Source: the human T2T-CHM13v2.0 reference genome, Homo sapiens. Taken from it: a stretch of 64,000 nt of DNA. The stretch lies in assembly GCF_009914755.1 (NCBI RefSeq), contig NC_060933.1; one strand, given 5' to 3'. A model generated the notes under the pieces. That model ran no database searches, was not told the DNA's origin, and saw nothing but the letters and a program-made list of their open reading frames with translations. Numbering within the stretch: the stretch's first letter is position 1; each line of letters begins with the position of its first letter. Of the stretch, positions 13,681-28,380 are shown in pieces. The position numbers were made by a program, and so were the translations under genes.

Positions 13681-16039
13681 TGGGAGGAAGAGACTGCCTT
13701 CCAGTTAGACAGCAGGCAGGATGCCGGGGCTGCGCGCTCCCTAAGCTGTCACTTGCGCAGCTCTTCTGGGAGCATAGTTCTGCTTTGAGGCCTGCTGCTG
13801 TGACAACCACTGCCACTAAAATTCATGTAACAGCAAGTGAACATTTTGGCAGCTTATCAGAAAGTTATCAATACTTCATTTCAAAAAACAGTGGAATCGA
13901 TTCAAAATTATCTAAATAAAACTCGTAAGCCACACGAGGTTCCAACTTTTAGAACCTCTATTTAGTAGCTTCGTCTTGCAAGGTGAACAGGTGATAGGCC
14001 TATCAGTTTGGGTAGAATGCTGCAAACCAGCTATGGTGACGGATCTCTCCATGTTGTTACCCACATTTTCCAAACCATAAACTTCTATGTGGTCACCCTC
14101 TCAAATCTGCTGACCCTCCCCAGAGAATAAGAGTGAACAAGAGCCTCACCCAAGAACACAGTGTTACAGGTCTATTATTCTTCAACTTTTCACTTTCAAT
14201 CAGGACATGCATTTGTTACTAAAAAACTGCTGAAAGCACAATTTCAGGGAATCCTCTGCATATGAATTAAACTGGATTCCCCTTTCCCTGGCTTTCACCC
14301 TTCCCCCTAGAAGTAACAAGAGGCCATTTTTCTGAAGGTCATCTGAACAATTTCAAAGGCTATAACAAATCAAAATGTTCCCTGCATCTGATATCAAACA
14401 GGGCTGATGCCAACACTTATTAGAGAAATCAGATTCAGCTCCCCACCCCCTCGACCCACATGCACACACACAGCCAACTTTGAAGTGGGAAGAATGCAGG
14501 GATCAGAAATTACCCTGGAGACAGCTCTGGCTGTCTTTGAAGGTTTCCTTTGATACCACCATTTCTTTTCCTCTCTTATGCTCGGAGGCTAAAAGCTGCC
14601 TTTTTTATTGATATGGGGTAATTAATGAAGCTATAGCATTAACATAACCTAAATCCCCCAAAAAGATAAATTCGAACGAGACACATTTTTTTTTCAGTTA
14701 AGTCTGACTGGTATAAAATCAGGACAATGGCCAGGTATTCATCTTCAATCCTGCCTTTTAACATGCTGAGTCGTGGCTCTTGCTACTCCCTGAGTACAAT
14801 GAATAAGTGGTTGGTAAGTCTGAAAAGCATTTTTATTTTATTAGAGGAATCAGGCTATTGGTCCTTGGTATCAAAAATATGCATTGCAGGTAAAGAGACA
14901 GGATGCTAGGGTCATGGCGGTGGTTGTTAGAGCAAAGTGCAAAGTGCAAAGTGATAGCCTTGCTGGGCTGGATTCTGATGGGGAAAAAACCTGCAAGGTC
15001 TGGAAATTAGGGGTGGTGCTGGGCCACTACAGCAGCAAGAAGGATAATGAAACTTTCGAATGTGCTGGTTGCTTTGGGCTTGGAGGACAGAGACAACCGC
15101 AGAGGCAGAAGTTAAGCCCATAGGAGGCTTCCTGAGCCACACCCAGGGCCTCTGTGGCTGTGCTCCAGGAGACTGCAGCAAAACACCCCCCTGCAGCCAC
15201 CTAGGCACCAACTCAGCAAACGCAGGCTGCGTCCCGGGAGCAGCGACGTCTCCAGCAACAACGTGCTCTTGTAGAACACATGTCAGGCCCCAAGGGCTCC
15301 TTCCAGACGCCACATTTCATTTGGGATGTGCCAGACAATTCAACACATTAATTGCACTAATGCCTAGATTGTATATAAATAAAGTACACACACACAGAGT
15401 ACTCAAAATAGAGCACTAATAATGTCTGCATGGTTTATTTTTATCATTTGTGAAGTGCTCTGAAAAAAAGGGCCTAATCAAATTGGCTAGGATGAGATTC
15501 TGAGTGGAACAGTCATTTGAGAGCTTCTCTGCCAAATGTGGTCAGTGTGTCCTTAAAATAACAAAGAGGCCTGGTTCTCTCGGTCTTGCAATTTCCACTT
15601 TTAGGGTCCCTGCTTAAGCACTGCTTGGGCCAACGCATACAGTTGTAAAGGGGGACGCAAGGCTTCCTGTCCAACCACATTTCTGATGTCAACCAGGGTC
15701 CCAAATGTACAGCCATTTTCCTTCGGAGAAAGAGAGAGGCCGGGCTAATCTCTCATCAGGAGGGCCTGAGGTCTCCCTTTACTCGTGTGTCTCCTTTATC
15801 CTCTGACTTATTTACAACTTCAATTACTGCCGCTCCTTTTAGTCCCCATTTCTCATTTTTGATTCTCCACTTTCCATTCCAGCTTAAGCATTTTCATATC
15901 CCAAGTAGGCTTTTTCATCATCTCCTCCCAGACAGGACTGGGCTCCTACCGTGCTCCTGGCACAGAAGTGCACCCTACAGACAGACAGTCACACGATGGA
16001 GCCTGTGCCCTTGAGGAGCTCCTGGTAGATGCAGGATTG

Positions 16040-16230
16040 AGATCCAGCCCTGTGTGGCTGTGGGCAACGTTACCATTCTAGGTCTCAGTTTCTCCATGTG
16101 TAAGATGGGTCTAAGAGCAGCACCTGTCTCATGATGCTGTGAGGAGGATTCGACAGCCACCGTGGGCAAAGTTCGCTTTGTGCAGTGCCTGCCTGACCAA
16201 CGTATGTTAGTATTGTTAGTATTTTTATTA
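16040..16230 (+). mobile_element. MIR
   Basis: ctcagtttctccatgtgtaagatggg core. Confidence 0.65.
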
Positions 16231-16682
16231 ATTGCAAGATGGACATGTAAATAATCATGATGCACCAATTCTAGTACTAGGAAAAGATTGTTCTGAATTC
16301 TATGGGTGTATGGATAATGATGATAACTCTGTGCTGTAAGGAGAGGCAAACCCAGGTCGGCCATCTCTAGAGCCCATGTTCATAAGCAAAGAGGCTCTTG
16401 GGAAAATGGAGACAGGATGGGAAGGAAGATGGCATTCAGCCACTGTAAAGGGAAGAGTAAAACTTTGTCAGCTGGACTAGGAGGGATCCCAGGGCAAAAG
16501 GCACAAAACGTGCAAATACGTGAAAGAGTCTGGCATGTCATGGAAGCTACAGGGAGCACGCGGCTGGAGATAAGATGAGGTGTGTGTAGAGAATGATGCC
16601 AGATGAAGTCAGAAAGGAAGGCAGAGGCTGCGCCATGAGGCATTTAGACGCCTTGCAGAGGAGTCTGGATTTTATGCTACAA

Positions 16683-16965
16683 GCCAGAGTTTTCAGAAGT
16701 ATATTCTACAAAATGGCAATGTCACAATATGCTCTAAGAATAAAAGAAGATAAAAAGAATTTGGTGGCCAAATAAGTTAGGAAAATATTGCATACTCTCT
16801 ACTCCCTGTAAGATATTCATAAGGCACATCAGCAAACTGGTTTCCACAGTAAAGAAACCCACTGAACTTTCTCTAACCCAGAGTTTCTCAAACTTGTTTG
16901 ACCATGCATTGCTTTCTGCCTAACATCTATTAATATCCTACTTTCCTACTTTGGGGAGGGCTGCT
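16683..16965. mobile_element. MER103-like hAT-Charlie relic inside an L2 region (about 16380-17560)
   Basis: taacccagagtttctcaaacttgtttgacca motif; a related copy lies at about 37440-37683. Confidence 0.5.
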
Positions 16966-19179
16966 TTGGGCAAGGGGGAGATGGCAACAAGAAAGAGAAT
17001 CATCCGCTCGCATGTGTATTTTAGGAAGACAGCTCTGGAAGCCAAGTGAAGGACAGACTGTGAGGGAAGCAAGACTGGAGACTAGAAGTGAGGCGGTGCG
17101 TGCATTCTTCAGTGCAGAGATAATGAGAGCCGGAGAGGAGCGAGAGGGGTGGAGAGGGATGGGGGGCCCAGTTTGAGAGTTACTTAAGAGGGAGAACTGC
17201 CAGTAATCACTGACAGCCTAGACCGGCGGGATGAAGGGAAGAAAGCTTTAACCAATTAGGTGGGGGTACTGTTAACCAAGATAAGGAAAAGAGGAGGGAA
17301 ACTGAGTGTAGGGAGAGAGATGATGAGTTTTGTTTTAGACAGGCTAAACTTGAGGAACACGGGAAGTCTGATCTAGAAACAAATCATGAGTGATCCTTGT
17401 GTGGGTGACATGGATGAGAATGGCCAAAGAGAATGCGCAGAGGGAGAAGAAAACTCTGGGAAACTGGGAAGTCAAGGGGGAAGACAAGAAAGAAGGAAGT
17501 AACTGGAGCAGCTGAGGAGGGGCGATCAGAGGTGTTTTGGAAGCACCATACCTCTGAGACTCTATATTTCAAGACTGTTATTTTAAGTTAGAATAAAAAT
17601 AATACTAGTTATCATTTACTGAGTATTGACTAGATGGCAAAGTGCCAAGTGCTTTATGTGTACTACTTCAGACACTTTCAGTAAGGGGCAATTAAATAGA
17701 GTGTTAAAGGTATCATGCAAAGTAGGTAAATTTCCACTCCTTCTTATGATCTCAATTCAGAGCATGCTTCATTTGCACCCTAAGTTTGGTAACTCTAGTA
17801 GCACGGTCCTGATTATGACTCACCTTTCTACGTATTTGTTCTTCAACTCTCCAATTCGTTTGTAAGTCCTTGGCAAGCAAGGGCTATGTTTTGTACCAGG
17901 AGTGACTATGAAGTTGTCAACTTTGAAAAAACCCAACAAGAATGGCATCTCAAAATGCCACTGCCCATGGTCTCTGCGAGGGTATACACTACCCTCAGTG
18001 CTGCCTCTCCTGCTGACCAACAGTGTGGAACCTTCTGGAGCAGCTGTCAGAGTTTACAAATCAGACGCACAGACTACACCTGACTGATTACTCACTTTAC
18101 ATGCATGCTCCAAAGACATTTGGTTTTTCCAAAAAGAAAAAGGAAATCTCCCCTCAATGAATGATTTGGTATCAACGAGGAAATTTACGAGAACTGGGCA
18201 CAGTCCTTGGAGCAGGAGTTGCATCCCACGTAGACAACACTTGTGTGGAATGTGGAAATGCTGGGTTACTTGTTCAAAACACACATCTCATTATATCACG
18301 GGCTGTGCTTCTTATGTAACGCCCTGCTATGTGCTAAGCCACAGTTACCACCTTTTTTTGAAGAACATTCTATTCTCATTATAATGTGGCTGTTGGGTGG
18401 TGAGTGCTAGTATTCATACTAACAAACTTTTACATTTTAATGAGAGTCACGAGGAAGGAAAGGCTCCCGATGGGGTGGGGAGACCAGGCTCCGTGCTGAG
18501 AGTGGCCTGGAAGAGTGTGGGGCATCTCAGGCACGGTGTTCATTACACTCTGGTGCAAACACAAATGAAGGCTGTCAGCTCCCATCAGCATCCTCTGATG
18601 CTCTCTGTGGAGCCATATGGAGACTGTGCAGTCAAAAGGAATTAGGGGTTCACAAGGGTGAACTTTCCATGAAACAAGTCACCCGTGGAAATAACACGTC
18701 TTCTTTCAACAGCAGTATTCAATATATGCTGCTGTGCACAGCCACTTCCTAAGGGCGACTTGTTAGTTTTGTGGAAAAAGAGTGTCATCAGGTTGTGTCA
18801 AATGAATGGGAATTTTCCTCGTGGTTCTAGGAAAAGCAAAATGCTGAACCTTGGGCTACTGAGGAGCTGCTTGACTTGGGGAAAAAAATCCATTTCCTCA
18901 GAAGACACATTTAATGAGGCAACTGGGGTCTAAGGTGATAAATTAGAAATTCAACTAAGGGCATCAGGCTTAGAGGAAAAAGCAGAAGCTTGATGGAGAA
19001 TGCAAGCAGAGAGAATGAAATGTTTTTTCACAAAGTGTGCATCCTCACACTGACAAATCTATGTTTGCTGATCATTTCCGCTATGATTGCTAGTTTTTAA
19101 TGCCATTCATCTGGAATTCGACTACACTTGTTCTGGGATACAGAAAACCAAGGAACACACAAGACTGCACAATGCTTAC

Positions 19180-19287
19180 CTTGCCATCTTCTGTGTAGAC
19201 ATTCTCGTTATATCCCTTTACTATTGTTCGATCAATGAACAGGCTCCGCATGACGACGATCACTTTCAACACCTTTCCCAAGGTCAC
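19180..19287 (-). CDS. MED27: MED27 internal coding exon, 108 nt (probably exon 5): VTLGKVLKVIVVMRSLFIDRTIVKGYNENVYTEDGK
   Basis: Minus strand reads ttttggcag|GTGACC...GGCAAG|gtaagc. The peptide is recognised as MED27, CpGs are retained, and it joins in frame to the 9353-9394 exon. The exon number is from memory. Confidence 0.96.
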
Positions 19288-20036
19288 CTGCCAAAACACA
19301 TGTAAGCTGACACTTGAACACGCAAATCACACAAAGTTGGGCAGGGGTGTGAGAAGAAATGACCACCTGGCCAATCCAGTGAGACTGGATTCATGGTGCT
19401 GGCCCTGTGGATCCTCCAGCACTGGAAAATGAACTCTCAATAACAGCAAGTTCTTTCTGTGATCACTGAAAAATGTTTTGGGCCTCAACTCGTCTAACTT
19501 CCCTAAATTTATTTATATTTTTGGCTTACAAACTCTGAGGATAAGTTTCATATGTTTACTATCTGCTGGAAAAAGTAAAATCCTTCCCTTTCCCATTTTA
19601 AGATTTTCTTTTTCAAAGGCGAGGATTCTACAATTCTGGCAATTATAGGATTTAGTGAGCACGTTGTTTCGTGCTCATGGCCCTATGTATACCTATGCAA
19701 TATGTACAGAGTACAATATACAGAGCAAAGGCAAGTACCAAATGCCTCTTGGTTGAACTATCTATTTATAGTAACTGGTAAAAGTGGAAAAGCAATACCA
19801 AATAAAGTCAGGAGGTAAAAGGAAAGTAGCTGAATTTTATCTTCAAAAAAGAAACATGATCCTGGAAATACATTTAAGTGCTTTTACTCTCAGAACCTAA
19901 GCACATATTATACATTAAAAAAAAAAATCCTAAAAAAAGTGCAGTTTCATGTATGCCAGGGAAAAAGGAACCTGCTGTGCTTGCTGGAATAGGCTCAGCA
20001 CCAAGAATAGAAACAGCACCTTCCCTTCTTTAGGGA

Positions 20037-20485
20037 CACTATGGTGTGGATATGGCTGTTTCCCCCCATCAAAACTCAGCTTGAAATTTTATCCCCAATG
20101 TGGTGTTGGGAGGTGGGGCCTAGTGGGGGGTGTTTGGGTCAAGGAGGCGGATCCCTCAGAAATGGCTGGGTTCATTCTCGACATACTGTGTCCCTGCTCT
20201 GGCAAGACTGGATCAGCTCCCTCGAGAGTGGCTTGTTATAAAGCCAGGATACCCCTTGGGTTTTGGCCTTCACACGTGTCTGCCTCCCCTTAGACCTTCC
20301 ACCATGTTGCGATGTTTGTGATGCGGTGCAACACAAAAGCCCTCGCCAGACGGTGAAGCAGATACGGGCATCATGCTTCTTATACTTCCTAACCAGCAGA
20401 ACTGTGAGCTTAATCTCTTTTCCTATAAACTACCCAGCTTCATGTATTTGGTTATAGCAACAATAAACAATATACGGATGAAGAC
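20037..20485 (+). mobile_element. MST-family (ERVL-MaLR) solo LTR
   Basis: ctatggtgtggatatgg...tgggaggtggggcctagtggg...ataaactacccagc...gttatagcaac. Confidence 0.85.
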
Positions 20486-21189
20486 GAGGGGCTCACGTAA
20501 CTCTTCTAAGACTTTGCTAAAGCTTTTCATTTCGTATATGAGAACCTGGACGCAGACCCCAGCCTGGGACCCACCCGCCCATAGTGCGAGTTGCTCTGAT
20601 GAGGTTTTGACGTCACAGAATTTGCTGAAAGGAAGCCCTGCTGAGCTGCCTAAGGTAAGAGCCTTAGCCCCAGATGGCAATCCTGATCCTTCAACTCCGA
20701 CCTGCCGTCAGTTTCTGGGGATGCCACCTCTAATCACCCCTTCCTTATATCCCCATTCCTTGCAGTTTTCCAACTGATCATCCTCAACAACAACCTTCCT
20801 CTTTCCTTGATTAGTCCTGGGTATCAGTGAACACCCCCAACATTTGATTCCTTCAATAATTTCAAGCGTTAGGTTGATAGCTCTATTTCTGTATACTTTA
20901 AATAGTACTGAATACAAACATGGTAAGAAAAAACATTTATTTACATTTAAGGGACTGCTAATAAAGGCATCCTATTTCTGTATAACACTTTTAAATATTG
21001 TCACACCATGTAATGTTCAGTGGGTCTCTTTATTTTTTGTTGTCCTATGTCCAATCAATGGGTCATTTTTTTGTGTTACTGAAAATCCCTATCTAAGGAT
21101 GCCAATAAACCATGGAGGTAGAGTGAGTAACTCTGTCTTTAGTCAACATGGAGCCTACTGGAAGAAAGGGAGGGAGGGAGAGCAACTGA

Positions 21190-21496
<307 letters not shown>

Positions 21497-22007
21497 AAGT
21501 TATAGTTTTGTAGTTACAGACACTGAAATCGATACCTTCTCACTAGGCTAAAGTGAATGTAGGTCCCACATGTTCTCCACAGCTCTCCTCTGGAAGGGCC
21601 ACTGTTTGTAACTGCACATTTTAACTTTCTTTGCTAATAAGCCTAGGTGACTAAGCAATTGTTTCCTGAAACATCAAAACCTGGCTGATATTAATTAAAT
21701 AATAAATTGCCTTTGTAATTTAAGTTTCTTAAGATGGATTTTAGAAATACATACTAATAACACCAGAAATTTTATATTCAAATTTTTTTCTATTAAAAGT
21801 TAATTTTGGTATTTTAAAGTTAACTAATACTTAAAAATATAAATGTTTATTATGGAAAAATCTAAAATTAGAGAACAAAGGAAGAAGACAGTTGTTCCTG
21901 GTCTTGAGATGGAAAGATAATCACCATTAACATTTTGGGGTACTTCCTTTCAATCATTTTATTATCAAAGGCTTATGGTTTTTGAATTTCTAACATCGTT
22001 ATAATGA

Positions 22008-22325
<318 letters not shown>

Positions 22326-22734
22326 ATGTATATTTTCAAATCAAATTTTTCCTTAAAACTATGACAAGTATTGTTCCATACTGCTATATAGTCTTCACAA
22401 TCAGTGTTGCATTGCTGCACGACATTCTACTGAGAGGATATCCTATAATTTCTTTAACCATTCTCCTATTGGTGGACATTCGGGTTACTTCCAAGTTTCC
22501 CCTAATATAAATATGGCCACAGTGTATATTTTTGTTCACAAAGTTTTCACCACATTTGGAATTATTTCCCTAGATTTGCAAAGTCATAACTACTGTGGCA
22601 AACAATACAAATATTTTAAGGCTTTTGATATAATCTGCCAAACTGCTAACCACAACGGTTATGCCAACCAGAAAGGTATGAACACACCTATTTCATTCTG
22701 TTCTTGTCAGCGATGGGCACTACTAAATCAAATC

Positions 22735-23075
22735 AAAACTTATGAGACTGTTGGAAATCTGAACACTGAACTACATGCTTGATAATACTGGAGCGTTATT
22801 ATTGTATGAGATGTGGGTGTCATGGTTCTGCTTATGTGCTTTTGGAACCCTTTGAGAAATACGTACTGAAATATTTACAGATGAAGTGATACCATGGCTG
22901 TTATTTGTTTCAGAAGAGTAACACAGGGAGGGAAAAGGAGGTGGAGGTGGAGGTGACAAGATTGGCCAAGAGTTGGTCATTGTTGAAGCTGGGATGGGTT
23001 CATGGGGTTCTTTGTACTATTTCATTTACTCGTGTATATGTTTTTAAATCTTCCATAATAAGAAGTTTTTAAAAA
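22735..23075 (+). mobile_element. L1MC-type 3' end
   Basis: tactgaaatatttacagatgaagtgata...tgttgaagctggg...ttccataataa. Confidence 0.65.
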
Positions 23076-23149
23076 TCAATTAAGTTGGCACTTTGGGCAG
23101 GGAAGGGGTTTGTTGGATTTTACTTTTGCCACTTTATTACAAGTCTGCT

Positions 23150-23430
23150 CGTATCAGGATCCAAATATGGTCCACACAATGTGACTGGTTGACATGTCTC
23201 ATAAGTCTTTCCCAAACTAAAGAGATCCCCCTCCCAACCCCATGTCCCCATTTTATGTGCTGAAGAAACTGGGTTATCTCCTACAGAGTTTTCCACAGTC
23301 TGGATTTTGCTGGTGGCATCCCAGTGGTATACTTTAACATGCTGCTCCTTCCTCTGTATTACCTGCCAATTGATAATTAGATGAGATGCAGGTTTGATTT
23401 TTTTTTTTTTTTTTGGCAAGATGACTTCCA
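23150..23430 (-). mobile_element. L1MC-type fragment
   Basis: caggatccaaata...gaagaaactggg...ccacagtctggattttgctg. Confidence 0.55.
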
Positions 23431-23516
23431 GGGCTATAGTAGTTTATGGATAGTCAGTATGAAAAGTCTTGCACTGGCTTACTTTTGGGATCTTCTGAAT
23501 CCATAAAGCTCTATGA

Positions 23517-23810
<294 letters not shown>

Positions 23811-23890
23811 CAATTCTTATTTTTTATAGAGCCAAAAAAGATCCTGGTGCTCATCTAAGTTGAATAGGCATAGAATTATGGCTTTATGCA

Positions 23891-24196
<306 letters not shown>

Positions 24197-26204
24197 TAAT
24201 AATATACCCAGTTTTGAAGCCTAACATTTTGAGGCTTTAGAATCAGGTCTCGGCTCTGCTGTTGGAAAGCCTGGCCTAGCTACCTACCTTCTCTGAACAT
24301 CTAAATGGAGATAATGGCACTCCCATCTCAGAGTGACTGTGAGGAGTCAGTGAGACAATGCACAGGTGAAGGGGATGGCACAGGGCCTGGCACAGGGAGT
24401 GCTCAGTGGCAATGCTATTGTTACTTGGCCCAAACCCCTGTTTGGACTTTATGGAGGTGAAACGGTTTGAAGCCAGTTAACGTCAAAGCTGGAACCAGAA
24501 CTGCTGCTGTAGCCAGGTCAGTGAACTGGCTGACCTGGTCCTTATGTTAATTTTCCCTCCTGCTGTCACAACTGGGGCTACAGGAAGCTGAGAGGGGGTG
24601 ACAGTTGTGCTGGACCTGAAGGATGAATAAGACTGTGGGGTCTGCTGAGCGACCACTGAGCAGAAAGTGCCTGCAAGCCTGAGGGTCAGGCAGCCAGACC
24701 TCCTGGCGGTGGCCATTTGGTGTGCAAATCAATTGCTCCTACTCTCCAGCACTGTGCTTCAGGCCCTCATTCTCCACTTGCAGGCAGTGTGACCCAGGGC
24801 AACTCAGACAACCTCTGGTGCCTGTTTACTCAGCTGTGAAATGCGGTGGGACCTTTTGAGGAAATTGAAGGAGGCGATCCATGTAAAACTTGGGCCTAGG
24901 GGTGCGGTGGACAGCAAAGCTCAATGGCTGTTAGCGTCCTTTCTCTTCGGAGTGTGGTGCAGCAGGAAGGGTAACGTAACAGGAGCCCTCCTGGCTCTGC
25001 CATCGAGATGGAGCCTGGTGTGCGCTCTCTAGCAGACCTTCCAGCCCTCACATCGCTCTACAATGATTCCGATTCTCATGTGTCTGGCATGTGCCAGTTT
25101 CTAACGTATCTGCATGCACCAGGTTGTAGTGACCTTGAACTTTTTGATAGACTGATAAAGAGATGCAGCACATAGAGGCCAATGGGCATCTTTCCACAAA
25201 CTAGCCAATGCTGGTCACAGTCAGAAGCAAAACGCCCACCGACGGGGGCTACAGGTCGGCTCTTGGCAACTGCTATAGGATACCACTAATAAAAGCTAAT
25301 GCCATCTGGTAATGAAGCGAGCTTGCTGTTGCCAAGGTAACACTTTTCTATACCAAGCAGCACATTTCCAAAGAGCTTGCTCACTACTCATGGTAGAGAG
25401 TCAGGGGAGGCACTATGTTTCCTGTGCAGGCATCAAGGTGCACTTGAAGAGGAAGCCCAGCCCGCCTCCCATCTGGCCATCGCCTCCCAGAAGTGCATTT
25501 ATAAAACCTGCCCCTGCCTAGCCCCCCCATCAGGTCAGCTGCACTCTGGGCAGCGAGCGGGGGCCGAAACCAGTGGTCTTCTCTATCTGCTTTTCCAGCA
25601 ATCGCCTGCCAAGCTGTATTCCACGAAGAGAATTTCTAATCCACTGTGGCAAGGCAAGTCACAAGACAGGAAAGGAAAAGTGGGAGGAAAGTAGAAAAAG
25701 TATTTAGTTCAGCTCTGCCAACTGACGTCTAACAAAAACCTAACAAATCTGGTGGTTGAAATGATATCTCTACTGCCTGACCATGTGAGCTGAGAAGGTG
25801 AGAGGAGCTGGTCACTTAAAATGATCTTCCCCCAGAACTCGTGTAGGGGGAAAAGTGCTTTGAAACTGAGCGGTATCTGCATCTAGGATCAGGGGAGGTG
25901 AGCTGACCAAAAACTTACCTGCACGAGGAACCCGGGGCCAGATAGCATCCCCAACCTGGCAGAAAGCATGTGTGTGGGAGGTGAAGGGGGATAGTTCAGG
26001 GGTTTGTCAGTTAGACAAATGGTGGCATGTCTAAGCCCTGCTTTGGGGAGGGGAGTGTGTTATTAAAAAAGAATTAAAAAGAAGCCAACTATTTATGTAA
26101 AACCATCCATGAATGTTATTTTCTGTATACAAAATAAAAGTCTGATATGTAGGCGCCCTTAAGGGATCTGTTGTAATTTAAATGATGTTTTTCCAAGTAC
26201 AGCA

Positions 26205-26440
26205 GAAAGAAAGAGAGAGGGAGAGGGAGAGAGAGGGAGGGAGAGAAAAAGAGGGTAAGGGAGAAGGAGGGAAGGAGAGAGGAGAGAGACACAGAGGAGG
26301 AGAGGGGAGACACAAGGAGAGGGGGGAGAGAAAGAAAGAGGGGGAGAGAGAGGTGAGAGAGACAGAAGAAGAGATGGGGAGAGAGAATGAGGGAGGGAGG
26401 GGGGAAGGAGGGGAGAGAAGAAGGAAGGGTGGAAAGGAGG
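26205..26440 (+). repeat. GA-rich polypurine low-complexity tract
   Basis: About 235 nt almost entirely G/A on the + strand. Confidence 0.92.
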
Positions 26441-28380
26441 GGCTGGCGGGCACACCCAAAGGAGATTTAGGAAGTGTTTTCCTTCATACAATATTGAGAA
26501 CTTTTCTCTTTGTACTAATTCCAAAGAAAGAACAGGCTAAGGTAAGTGAGTGCAGTGAACAATGTCTTGTTGAAGAAATGTCTGTACTGTGTGCAACACT
26601 GGGCAAGGACACTGATTCACAGAATCATAGAACTGTAGGCTGAAAAGGATATAAACAATCATTTTCTCTAACTCTCCCATGTCTAAAGAAGTAAACTGAG
26701 GCCTAGGGAGGTTAAGAAGTATCAAATGTGGCTCCTACCTTAAAGAAGGTAACAAAATCGACATATGCCCGGAGTCACTGGAGGGCACCTAAAGTGCTCT
26801 GCCACCTGGAGCTCACAATGTGCTTGAGGAACGGAGGGAGGAGGGCACTGCCTCACTGAGCTGTCTGGCACAACCAGAAAATGCCTGGTTCAGCACCTGC
26901 CTAATTCACCGCACATTTTGAAAGGGTGGAGTTGGCTATGTAGATGAGCAGTTCCCAAATGGGGTTCCAAATGGGAATCTCCTCCAAGAGGTGTTTTTAG
27001 ATACGGTCTGTAAAAGCTCATCAGTGCCCCTATACTTTTCCTAGGGGGTCTTTCCTCCATATCATGCAGATTTACCCCTTTGCTCTGGAACAAGGGCAGG
27101 TGCATGCACACAGGGCAGGCAACTTTCTCCTCTGTCTGCCTAACAACCCGGGATTCAGCCCAGGCAGTTGTCTTATTCCCATTCTTAATAGAAGGAAGCT
27201 GAAGTTTTGAAAGATTTGAGTCGAAGGTCACTGGTTTTCTGTGAAGGGCCAGAAGCTGTCTCTTGCTGTTTCCCTACCTCATGCCTGGCCCATGACCCCA
27301 CATCCATGCAAATCACAAGCAATGGTGACCAAAGAGCCTTGAGTCATGGACTCCTCCAGCCACCCAGCAATCCTCCTCCAGGGCTCTGTTAAAGGGCTTA
27401 AAGCCTTGCCGATCGAGACTCCTGGCTTCCCTCACAAATGACTTCATACACACACCACTGACCCCATCTCTAAGACGCTAATAAACTACTTGCTTCTTCT
27501 ACTTGTAGCATTTTTTAAAAAGTTAGCACTCTGAATTCTGCACAGCTGCTAGGTATGTGTAGCCCTGACAGAGTCGTGCTGGGCGGAACTGTCCTCTTAA
27601 CAGCAGGCTCGAGAGCTGCGGCAGCAAGGGGGATGAGGGAAACTGGCTGTTGCTTCTTTCTAGGAAAACTGTAAAATTGGATACAACCAAAAGAAAACAG
27701 AGACAGACCAACTCTGAAAGGCTGAAACTCTGGCAGAGCTGGGGCAAAGAAGATAAACTGTCATGCCAAGGAAGAGGGGGCCACCAGGACTGTATCGAGC
27801 GGGACAGTAACTGAATCATAAAAAGAAAACGGAGCGATGTGACTTGGAAACCAAGAGGTCAGACCGAGGGACTGTCAAAGCTAAAACCGATGTTCTTCCA
27901 TAGTGAAGGTCACTCATTTTGCTCTGCAAAACCAAACCAGTTGTGCCTCTGATGATAAAACACAATGTAATATAATGTGATACAGGAAAGGAGAAATGGC
28001 CCTGGGGGTGGCTCCCGTGTCCAGACTAGACTCCAGATACAAAGTTGTTATAGCCCTAAGAGGGGAATTATATTTTTCCTTTGACAAGGTCCCAGGAAAA
28101 ATGAGGCAGACAAACTGAATTTAGGGTCTGTTTGCCAACAAGTCAGAAACCAACGTGCCAGCAGGATGGGAGCTACAGTTCTGGACTCTGGGAGGAAAAA
28201 AGACCTGCATTTGTGTCTTGGCTCTGCTCCTTCCTGGCTATGTGACCTTGAACAAGTCACTTACCCTCTTTAGGCTCCAGTTTTCTTGCCTGTCAACCCT
28301 GGAAGGAATGACACCATGCATGTGAAGTGCTCAGCACCACATCTGAACCATGAGAGTGCTGGGTCAGTGGTGGCCACGGG

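Noticed and set aside
14931-14952. (GCAAAGT)x3 and similar tiny tandem duplications (e.g. about 10905-10923)
   Set aside because: Ordinary slippage products with no further structure.
19090-19299. 69-aa ORF as a standalone gene
   Set aside because: Only 19180-19287 is exon; the flanks are intronic read-through past the splice sites.
26116-26643. E/R/G-rich and S/P/L-rich ORFs
   Set aside because: Translations of the GA low-complexity tract.
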